DNA of 64,000 nucleotides, taken from a virus. Position 1 is the first letter of the stretch. The number at the start of each line of letters is the position of its first letter. Shown here piece by piece: positions 31,001-38,292 of this stretch. The notes below the pieces were generated by a model. The model had not been told where the DNA came from. It worked only from the letters and a program-made list of their open reading frames with translations, and did no database searches. Position numbers and translations under genes: made by a program. The DNA lies in IMG/VR virus record IMGVR_UViG_3300023296_000800. One strand, written 5' to 3'.

Positions 31001-31180
31001 ATGCATAAACTGTATCAAATTACCAACACTGTTAATGGAAAATCCTACATCGGCATTACGAAGCTAGATGTGACACAAAGGTTTGCAATTCACGCCAGTT
31101 CTGCTCGGACACCCAAATACCCCATACAATACGCGATAGCAAAATACGGCGAAGATAACTTCACCGTGAAAAAGATTTAG
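31001..31180 (+). pseudogene. Truncated GIY-YIG homing endonuclease (N-terminal 59 aa)
   Basis: MHKLYQITNTVNGKSYIGIT...QRFAIH...IQYAIAKYGEDNF then stop; GGAGAG RBS; missed by the ORF track. Confidence 0.8.
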
Positions 31181-31260
31181 TGGCCAGCGCGCCAGTTGTC
31201 TATGTTGCAGTAGAGAATGGGACATCGGTAATTATACACAACACATAACGAGGATAGAAA

Positions 31261-31935
31261 ATGAGCTTTAACAAGACAAAAACCGACCCAGTATTAGGTC
31301 AAAAAGTACACGAACACCTAGTAAAAATGGGCGTCGAAACACCAATAATAGAGAATAACCTTAGTCGGACTGTTAAAATAAACATCATCGAAACAAAGGT
31401 ACACGACATTATGACTACGCTTGGGCTTGATCTATCAGATGACAGTCTTATGGATAGTCCAAAACGTGTTGCTAAAATGTATGTAGGGGAAATCTTTTGG
31501 GGACTAGACTATGATGCATTCCCTAAGGCAACTGTGGTCGAGAACAAAATGCAATACAACGAAATGGTTGTTGAAAAAGGTATTTCAGTTCAGTCTTTTT
31601 GCGAACATCACTTTGTCAACATTGACGGACTAGCAACAGTTGCATATGTACCTAATAAAAAAGTATTAGGATTATCAAAGATGAATCGCATTGTTGAATA
31701 CTTTTCTAGGAGACCTCAGATACAAGAACGCTTGTCTGAACAAATATATCACGCACTATCTTTTATCTTGGATACAGACGATGTAGCAGTCTTGATTGAT
31801 GCGAAACATTTTTGTGTCAAGTCAAGGGGTGTTGAAGATACGAATTGTTCAACAATTACAAGCAGACTAGGCGGCGGCTTCAAAACAGATCCTGAAGTCA
31901 GAGCAGAATTTTTAGCATTAGCAAGGATGCAATAA
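31261..31935 (+). CDS. folE: GTP cyclohydrolase I
   Basis: DDSLMDSPKRVAKMY, SFCEHHF, GLSKMNRIV.YFSRRPQIQERL, H.CV..RGV. Confidence 0.96.
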   Translation: MSFNKTKTDPVLGQKVHEHLVKMGVETPIIENNLSRTVKINIIETKVHDIMTTLGLDLSDDSLMDSPKRVAKMYVGEIFWGLDYDAFPKATVVENKMQYNEMVVEKGISVQSFCEHHFVNIDGLATVAYVPNKKVLGLSKMNRIVEYFSRRPQIQERLSEQIYHALSFILDTDDVAVLIDAKHFCVKSRGVEDTNCSTITSRLGGGFKTDPEVRAEFLALARMQ

Positions 31936-31938
31936 TTA

Positions 31939-32172
31939 ATGCCTGGTCCAACTAATGTCAGTGAACTTGTGAGCCAAATCCGCAAGATGAATGTAGAAAT
32001 GACTTCACCTTACAACGATGGTTACACGGCATGGGGTATCAAGCAAGATTTGTTTATGGTTAAATTCTTTTTAGATAAAGTTATAACAGATGCGCCTACA
32101 TTCGGTGAGCAAGAAAAGAATTGGTTGAAAGAGCAAGAACAAACAAAAATGATGGGGGTTTTAAAAAAATGA
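31939..32172 (+). CDS. Hypothetical protein, distantly similar to 18016..18237
   Basis: 77 aa; EM.SPYNDGYTAWGIKQDL resembles EMNNPGNDGWTRSAIKKRL in the 18 kb gene. Confidence 0.7.
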   Translation: MPGPTNVSELVSQIRKMNVEMTSPYNDGYTAWGIKQDLFMVKFFLDKVITDAPTFGEQEKNWLKEQEQTKMMGVLKK

Positions 32173-32361
32173 TTTTTAATAAAATACGTGAATTAAAAGA
32201 TACAGGTAAGAAGAGGTGTTTCTAACCCCAAGCATTTTAAGTCTGTAGAAGTAAACGGTGTTGTTTACATTTCTGTAAACGAAGCCTGTGCAGAAGTAGG
32301 CATTAGTAAGCCTACATTTTACAACTGGATTAAAAAAGGAAAAGCATCATATGTCAATTAA
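32169..32361 (+). pseudogene. Composite remnant: 18-codon N-terminal stub joined out of frame to a homing-endonuclease C-terminal NUMOD1/HTH-like tail
   Basis: 32169-32225 encodes MIFNKIRELKDTGKKRCF*; another frame encodes SVEVNGVVYISVNEACAEVGISKPTFYNWIKKG with no start codon. Confidence 0.65.
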
Positions 32362-32800
32362 AGTAGGATTCACGGCGTCGGCTTTTGATTTGCTTCACGC
32401 AGGTCATGTACAAATGTTACGTGACGCAAGGGATCAGTGCGATTATTTAATATGCGGATTGCAAGTTGATCCTAGTATTGACCGAACTGATAAGGCCGCC
32501 CCTATACAAACTGTTGTGGAACGATACACCCAACTTAAAGCAGTGGGGTATGTTGACGAAATTATTCCTTACGGCACTGAAGCAGACTTAGATGATATAT
32601 TGAGTATGTATAATATACACGTTCGTATATTAGGCGAAGAGTATCGTGACAAAGACTTTACTGGAAGGGATATATGTCGCAAGCGTGATATAGATATCTA
32701 TTTCAATAGCAGAGATCATTCATTCAGTTCAAGCAGTCTGCGGAAAAGAATAGTTGACCTACACCAAGATCAATTTACTCCCCAGCGCCAATCTGATTGA
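32351..32800 (+). CDS. Glycerol-3-phosphate cytidylyltransferase-like (TagD family)
   Basis: GFTASAFDLLHAGH, CDYLICGLQ.DP, VDEIIPY, RILGEEY, RDHSFSSS.LR. Confidence 0.9.
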   Translation: MSIKVGFTASAFDLLHAGHVQMLRDARDQCDYLICGLQVDPSIDRTDKAAPIQTVVERYTQLKAVGYVDEIIPYGTEADLDDILSMYNIHVRILGEEYRDKDFTGRDICRKRDIDIYFNSRDHSFSSSSLRKRIVDLHQDQFTPQRQSD

Positions 32801-32825
32801 CATTTGACAAAGAATAGAGTATAAG
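32797..32825 (+). promoter_or_regulatory. Sigma70-like promoter, near-leaderless
   Basis: TTGACA-17-TATAAG; ATG 32831 lies 6 nt downstream. Confidence 0.55.
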
Positions 32826-32830
32826 ACAAT

Positions 32831-33358
32831 ATGTTTAAATTTAATAACAAAAAAGAAATAGAAAAAATACCATATGAGATAGGGTTTCCTACTGGAACCT
32901 TTTTCTCTACAAAAACGTATGGCAATGATCGAGGACTGAGTTGTTGTTTTAGGCAATGGAAGGCAGATCATTCACATTGCTCGTTATTGCATGGTTATTC
33001 ACTGGGTTTCAAGCTAACATTTGAATGTGATAGCCTCGATGAACGCAACTGGGTACAAGACTTTGGTGGATTGCAAGAACTCAAAGAATGGTTAGAATAC
33101 ACGTTTGATCACACTATTGTTCTAGCAGAAGATGATCCTCAACGCCATGTTTTTGTGGAATTAGAAAAGAAAGGTCTTGCCAGAGTTGTTGTGATGGAGC
33201 AAGTAGGTTCAGAAAAATTTGCTGAAGAGGTATTCAAACGAATGACAATCCTCCTAGAAAAACACAAATACAACGAGACATCATTGAATCCTACTGTAAG
33301 AGTAAGATCAGTTGAATGTTTTGAACATGGTGCAAACTCGGCTGGATTTGAAAGATGA
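32831..33358 (+). CDS. queD: 6-carboxy-5,6,7,8-tetrahydropterin synthase
   Basis: HSHCSLLHGYS, WVQDFG, FDHT, VGSEKFAE, ECFEHGANSA. Confidence 0.9.
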   Translation: MFKFNNKKEIEKIPYEIGFPTGTFFSTKTYGNDRGLSCCFRQWKADHSHCSLLHGYSLGFKLTFECDSLDERNWVQDFGGLQELKEWLEYTFDHTIVLAEDDPQRHVFVELEKKGLARVVVMEQVGSEKFAEEVFKRMTILLEKHKYNETSLNPTVRVRSVECFEHGANSAGFER

Positions 33359-33444
33359 TGGAGCTTGATATTGGCTATGTATTACTTGGGGTAGCATTGG
33401 TCGCACTCATTTATAGTGTCAATGGACCGAAGAATGATCGGTAA
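33355..33444 (+). CDS. 29-aa single-TM peptide
   Basis: ATGA overlap; MMELDIGYVLLGVALVALIYSVNGPKNDR. Confidence 0.5.
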   Translation: MMELDIGYVLLGVALVALIYSVNGPKNDR

Positions 33445-33688
33445 AAAACTTAATTACTCTACAATTAGCAGAGACAGATTAGTGTATTGTTGCAAGAGCG
33501 CGGCGATTGCCGATATCTTCGAGCGAGTGATGAAGGAAGAGCCTCAGGCGAACAGGGAACGTGTTACAGAGTGTTTAGTTACCATTGGGGTAACTGATGC
33601 TGACAAGATTATCAAAGAAGTTGATGATTTTATTGAAATACACAACGCAGGATTAACAAGTGCATTGAATGTACTAGGGATAATGTAA
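33434..33688 (+). CDS. Hypothetical protein
   Basis: ORF track 33416..33688; ATG 33434 is the more plausible start. Confidence 0.6.
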   Translation: MIGKKLNYSTISRDRLVYCCKSAAIADIFERVMKEEPQANRERVTECLVTIGVTDADKIIKEVDDFIEIHNAGLTSALNVLGIM

Positions 33689-33783
33689 TGTCAAAAGGTA
33701 TGGATAAGAAGGGTAAAGAGAAGAAAAAAGAACCTAAACTTTCTCTTAAAGAGAAGAGACAGATTAAAAACAAGAAAAAATAA
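33688..33783 (+). CDS. 31-aa Lys-rich peptide
   Basis: TAATG overlap; MSKGMDKKGKEKKKEPKLSLKEKRQIKNKKK. Confidence 0.55.
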   Translation: MSKGMDKKGKEKKKEPKLSLKEKRQIKNKKK

Positions 33784-33825
33784 CTGTACGCTTGCTAAAT
33801 AATAGTATATACTAGGAGAACAAAT

Positions 33826-34155
33826 GTGTCAGAGAAGAAAATTAAAAAAACTACAACAAAGAAAACTGTTGGACTCGAAAAACCCGTTACAAAAAGTAAT
33901 AAACTAGATAGCTTTTTGCGCGGGGATGTGTTAACAGCCTGTAACAAGAATGAAATTGTCGCAGACAAAATCTTACAATTAATTGGGGATTACTCATTCG
34001 AAAAAGATCAAACAGAACGACAACGTTGTATTTGTATTGCGTTTGGTAATTGGAGATACGGTGCCGAGTTTGATGCAAAACTTGGAACAATGGGAGATTT
34101 CGAAGTACACAACTTTAAGAAATGTGAGAAGATTCTCAAAAAATTATTGGGATAA
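33826..34155 (+). CDS. Hypothetical protein
   Basis: GTG start with AGGAG RBS; CTAAATA at 33795-801. Confidence 0.65.
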   Translation: MSEKKIKKTTTKKTVGLEKPVTKSNKLDSFLRGDVLTACNKNEIVADKILQLIGDYSFEKDQTERQRCICIAFGNWRYGAEFDAKLGTMGDFEVHNFKKCEKILKKLLG

Positions 34156-34168
34156 AACGAAGGGAAAC

Positions 34169-34312
34169 ATGATGTATAAGTTCAAAGAATGGTGTTCAGT
34201 TATCACAGAAGATATTCAACATAAGTTAGGTATATCAGACTACCACTATCTATGGCTTACTCAGTCGTTAGCTGGCATTTTGTTTGTGTTGCTATTACTG
34301 TGGTTGTTTTAA
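34169..34312 (+). CDS. Small membrane protein
   Basis: MMYKFKEW...LAGILFVLLLLWLF; RBS-like AAGGG upstream. Confidence 0.55.
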   Translation: MMYKFKEWCSVITEDIQHKLGISDYHYLWLTQSLAGILFVLLLLWLF

Positions 34313-34313
34313 A

Positions 34314-34826
34314 TTGAGCAACAGAAATGATCTGATCTACACATTGAAAGATGTTAGAAGTGGTGTACACCAGATTTTGCGGGAGATGAACGTAACTAAG
34401 TTTAATCCTGATTATATTGTTGGTATTACTCGTGGAGGTTTACTCCCTGCACTAATGATCTCTCATTATATTGCGAAACCGATGCATGCGTTAGATGTAT
34501 CATTGCGTGATAAGGTGTCGGGACCAGAGAGCAACGCATGGATGTCATCTGATGCATTTGAAGGAAAGAACATTCTCGTTGTAGACGATATCAATGATTC
34601 AGGTAAAACACTGCAATGGATCAAAGATGATTGGATGTCTGGATGTCATCCAGATGAAAAGGATGCATGGGACAGTGTGTGGGGCAACACAGCTAAGTTT
34701 GCTACCCTAGTCAATAATGACTGTAGTGAATTTAAAGACGTAGATTATCATCATGTAAGTGTAAATAGGATCGAAACCCCAGATATCTGGGTAACTTTTC
34801 CCTGGGAAGACTGGTGGTTAAATTGA
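34314..34826 (+). CDS. Type I phosphoribosyltransferase (xanthine/guanine PRT-like)
   Basis: IVGITRGGLLPA, ILVVDDINDSGKT PRPP motif, WVTFPWE; TTG start inferred. Confidence 0.85.
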   Translation: MSNRNDLIYTLKDVRSGVHQILREMNVTKFNPDYIVGITRGGLLPALMISHYIAKPMHALDVSLRDKVSGPESNAWMSSDAFEGKNILVVDDINDSGKTLQWIKDDWMSGCHPDEKDAWDSVWGNTAKFATLVNNDCSEFKDVDYHHVSVNRIETPDIWVTFPWEDWWLN

Positions 34827-34851
34827 CATTAACAGAGTAAGGAGATATAAT
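34823..34851 (+). promoter_or_regulatory. Consensus sigma70 promoter
   Basis: TTGACA-17-TATAAT. Confidence 0.8.
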
Positions 34852-35028
34852 ATGGAAGCACTTTATGAAGTAATCGAATGGATGTTTTCAATCATACTAA
34901 TGGTAATGGCTGGATTGTGGGTGTGGAGCGGTGAGTTTCTGATATCAGAAAGAAAAGCAAGATACAAAGCAGGCACACATGATTATTACGATAACCCAAT
35001 AGAAAAAGAGAAAAATGGCGAAGATTAA
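34852..35028 (+). CDS. 58-aa membrane protein (absent from the ORF track)
   Basis: AAGGAG RBS; MEALYEVIEWMFSIILMVMAGLWVWSG... Confidence 0.6.
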   Translation: MEALYEVIEWMFSIILMVMAGLWVWSGEFLISERKARYKAGTHDYYDNPIEKEKNGED

Positions 35029-35863
35029 ATTAGCAGAATTATTCTACAGTATTCAAGGTGAAGGACGTTACATGGGAGTACCTTCTGTGTTTCTTAGAAC
35101 ATTTGGGTGCAACTTTACATGTGATGGTTTCGGCATGAAAAGAGGCGAGAAGACCAACGAACGTCACATCATTGCTAAAGACATAAAGAATTTTACTAAA
35201 TATGAAGAACTTCCGATTGTTTCTACAGGGTGTGATTCATATGCAAGTTGGGACGTAAGATTTAAGAACTTGAGTCCGATGGTCGAGACTGATGGAATTG
35301 TTGAATCTATTATGAAGATGTTACCTCATGGTGAATGGAGAGATGAGCATCTAGTTATAACTGGGGGCGAGCCTTTATTAGGTTGGCAACGAGCATATCC
35401 TGATCTCCTCGATCATCCTAAGATGAAGGACTTAAAAGAGATTACGTTTGAAACGAACGGTACACAGAAACTAGACGAAGGGTTCGCAGAGTATCTTTGG
35501 TTATGGCAAGATGCACATGATGATAGAGAAATTACTTTCTCGGTAAGTGCTAAACTTCCTTGTAGCGGAGAAACATTTGAAGATGCAATCAAGCCTGAGA
35601 TCGTGTGTGACTACGAAAATGTTGGCACAGCATTTCTTAAGTTTGTTGTCGCAACTGAGCAAGACTTTGAAGATGCTCAAGTGGCCATTTCACAGTACAA
35701 ATTAAATGGTTTTAAAGGTCACGTATACCTAATGCCAATTGGTGGCACAGAGTCGGTCTATACATTAAACAGCAAAACTGTTGCTGATATTTCTATCAGA
35801 AATGGGTATAGATACAGTGATAGATTACAGGTTCCATTGTTCAAAAATGAATGGGGAACGTAA
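35015..35863 (+). CDS. queE: 7-carboxy-7-deazaguanine synthase (radical SAM)
   Basis: ELFYSIQGEG, VFLRTFGCNFTC...CDS, VITGGEPLL, FETNGT, YSDRLQVPLF. Confidence 0.92.
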   Translation: MAKIKLAELFYSIQGEGRYMGVPSVFLRTFGCNFTCDGFGMKRGEKTNERHIIAKDIKNFTKYEELPIVSTGCDSYASWDVRFKNLSPMVETDGIVESIMKMLPHGEWRDEHLVITGGEPLLGWQRAYPDLLDHPKMKDLKEITFETNGTQKLDEGFAEYLWLWQDAHDDREITFSVSAKLPCSGETFEDAIKPEIVCDYENVGTAFLKFVVATEQDFEDAQVAISQYKLNGFKGHVYLMPIGGTESVYTLNSKTVADISIRNGYRYSDRLQVPLFKNEWGT

Positions 35864-35873
35864 AAGGATTATA

Positions 35874-36113
35874 ATGGATTGGTTCACAAAATTATGGAAG
35901 TCGTCAATTTCAACTTATGAAAGAACTGTACTCGAAGTACCAAAAGTTGAACGAATTGATGTAATGAGGGATGATACCAATCCCTCAGAAATTACGATTG
36001 AAAACGCATACAAAACAAGATGGATATGGTATCACACGATATTAGCAATAGGCATTTTCATGACTAACATGTTGTTAATAGCAATACTAACATTACTGGC
36101 GATAAAATTATGA
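35874..36113 (+). CDS. Small protein with C-terminal TM helix
   Basis: MDWFTKLWK...ILAIGIFMTNMLLIAILTLLAIKL. Confidence 0.6.
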   Translation: MDWFTKLWKSSISTYERTVLEVPKVERIDVMRDDTNPSEITIENAYKTRWIWYHTILAIGIFMTNMLLIAILTLLAIKL

Positions 36114-36970
36114 AAAAGGTATTAATAACAGGTTGTTCTGGTTATATAGGTTCGCATCTAACGACAATGCTACGAAGTCAAGGGTATGAGGTCTGGGGAT
36201 TAGATATAAACTTTCCTAAACACCATATAAATCCAGATGAATCTAATTTAGAGCATCCTCATCAATATCTACCTTTCAACATCAATCAACCTTTTCCGAA
36301 AGACTTTGACGAAGAATTTGATGCAGTTGTGCATCTTGCGGCCAAAGTAAGAGTTAACGAAAGTAAGCAGATACCGATTCAATACTACATCACCAATCTC
36401 AATGGTACGATGAATTGTTTGTCTAAGATAAAGACAAAGAACTTCGTCTTCGCATCTACGGGTGTAGCAGAACATTGCCATGACGCCTACGGTATATCTA
36501 AACGTGCGGCAGAAGATTGTGTAATAGAATACTGCATGAAACACAATGCAAAAGACTTTACAATCTTTAGATTCTATAATGTGATTGGTACAAATGGATT
36601 CCCCGCAACTAACCCCGATGGATTAATGTATAATTTAGTAAATGCTATGAAGACAAAAGAACTAACAATCTTTGGCAATGACTACGACACACCAGACGGT
36701 ACGTGTCTCCGAGACTATGTGCATGTAAGCGAGATATGCCAATCATTGGGTATGGCCATCGAACAACCTGCAAACAGCATTGAATGTCTAGGTCATGGTG
36801 TTGGGATAAGTGTCAAGACAATTGCAGAAACATTTAGGAGAGTTAACAACGCCGACTTTGAAATCAAGTACGGTGATCGTCGAGAGGGCGATATGCCAAA
36901 GACAGTACTCAAAGATAAATCAATGTATATGAAAGACCTGTATACGGTAGATGAATTGCTTAGAGTTTAA
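36110..36970 (+). CDS. galE: NAD-dependent epimerase (UDP-glucose 4-epimerase-like)
   Basis: ITGCSGYIGSH, HLAA, YGISK (YxxxK), FRFYNV, DYDTPDGTCLRDYVHV. Confidence 0.9.
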   Translation: MKKVLITGCSGYIGSHLTTMLRSQGYEVWGLDINFPKHHINPDESNLEHPHQYLPFNINQPFPKDFDEEFDAVVHLAAKVRVNESKQIPIQYYITNLNGTMNCLSKIKTKNFVFASTGVAEHCHDAYGISKRAAEDCVIEYCMKHNAKDFTIFRFYNVIGTNGFPATNPDGLMYNLVNAMKTKELTIFGNDYDTPDGTCLRDYVHVSEICQSLGMAIEQPANSIECLGHGVGISVKTIAETFRRVNNADFEIKYGDRREGDMPKTVLKDKSMYMKDLYTVDELLRV

Positions 36971-38280
36971 GAACTCGGTGGTATAATCGGAGGAGGAGGC
37001 GTAACAGGAAATGCGCAATCAGTACCTTTTGGGTTGTCAGCATTATTTAATTTAGCATTCCGAGTAAAATCAGGATGGTTGATCGCGTACCCGTAACAGC
37101 AACATGGATTGTGATTGGGGTTGGCTTGAATTAAATCTACAACTACTGCGTCACCCGTACCGCTCCCTGCCGACGTAGCAATAAACACCGTACCTATCTC
37201 GTTATCCTCACTACCACATGCAGTAAAGTCTGTGGTTCCCACAGTTTTAATTTTGTATTTAAAACCAAGACTATAATCAAATGAATCAAAAATAAAAGAG
37301 CCTGCTGTGATAGTCTCACCAGCACTTTGTCCACCAAGATCATCAGGGACGCTCAGGGAACTGTATTCTTCTGCAAATGTCACATCTATGCCAACATCTG
37401 TATAACCTAAATTGGCTCCCGGCGATTTAGGAACACTGTCTTCAGTGTTTGTTAATTTCCAAAATCTATGTTTAAGTTTTCTATTGTCCTTGTCGAATTG
37501 CTTATCAAACCAGGTTTTAAATTCTGGACTTGCTACTTTTGGACTAGCACTTACTGATCCTACCACCGTCTGGAATATGTCCCAGTAGACTGCTTGTGAC
37601 GCGACCAATGTTGCGACTGCTGATCCTAAACTATGACCAGTAACAACCAAATGTTTAACTCCACTGACGTTTACAAGATCATGTAAAGTCTGGTATAATG
37701 TTTTGCCTTGTGGTTTAGGGTAAAGATAGCCATCGCCTTGATGTTGTCCCGCATTTAGACGGGAACCGTCTTCGTCGATACCCAAGCCTGCGAAATATTT
37801 AGAAAATCCTTCGTGTGTTTTACCACCGTCCACATCGTCGGGTACGATTGGATTTTGCACTAATTTAACAGAGACATCAATGCCAACATCAGTTATGCCC
37901 AATGTTCCCCTAAATACAATGTATGCAGTGTCTGGTTTAGTTTTTTCGAATGCAATGAATGCGGCTGGAGCTATAGTAACTACTCCGAGTACGCCGCGGT
38001 ATAAAGTAAAGATGAGATCGTTTGGATTACTTGATATAATAAAATCTTCAAACTTTGCGCCGGTTGTATTAACATCGGCCCCACATTGATTTGTTGGAGT
38101 CCAACTAAAAATGTCGTTCCATTTTCCGAAACCGTTTCCTGGACCGCCTTCATTCTCCCAGTCCTTGGCCATTTGGCTGCCGACATCAGTTAAAAGACTG
38201 CACTTTTGTTGCTGTATTATGTACTCTTCTCGACTGACTATTGGGTGTTCTATTCCTACAGGAAAGATAATGCGGGACAT
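36967..38280 (-). CDS. Class 3 lipase/phospholipase with an inserted repeat-like module
   Basis: YIVFRGT, THEGF, VTGHSLGSA nucleophile elbow, NTEDSVP, candidate distal His in NPNHNP; AGGAG RBS. Confidence 0.85.
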   Translation of the reverse strand: MSRIIFPVGIEHPIVSREEYIIQQQKCSLLTDVGSQMAKDWENEGGPGNGFGKWNDIFSWTPTNQCGADVNTTGAKFEDFIISSNPNDLIFTLYRGVLGVVTIAPAAFIAFEKTKPDTAYIVFRGTLGITDVGIDVSVKLVQNPIVPDDVDGGKTHEGFSKYFAGLGIDEDGSRLNAGQHQGDGYLYPKPQGKTLYQTLHDLVNVSGVKHLVVTGHSLGSAVATLVASQAVYWDIFQTVVGSVSASPKVASPEFKTWFDKQFDKDNRKLKHRFWKLTNTEDSVPKSPGANLGYTDVGIDVTFAEEYSSLSVPDDLGGQSAGETITAGSFIFDSFDYSLGFKYKIKTVGTTDFTACGSEDNEIGTVFIATSAGSGTGDAVVVDLIQANPNHNPCCCYGYAINHPDFTRNAKLNNADNPKGTDCAFPVTPPPPIIPPSS

Positions 38281-38292
38281 TTAGAACTCCTA

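Noticed and set aside
30885-31260. Known preQ1, THF-II or c-di-GMP riboswitch, or group I intron, before folE
   Set aside because: I could not match consensus elements by eye; kept only as an unassigned structure pending an Rfam search.
33983-34312. 109-aa ORF as given in the track
   Set aside because: Its 5' part overlaps 33826..34155; only the last 47 codons (from 34169) look like a real gene.
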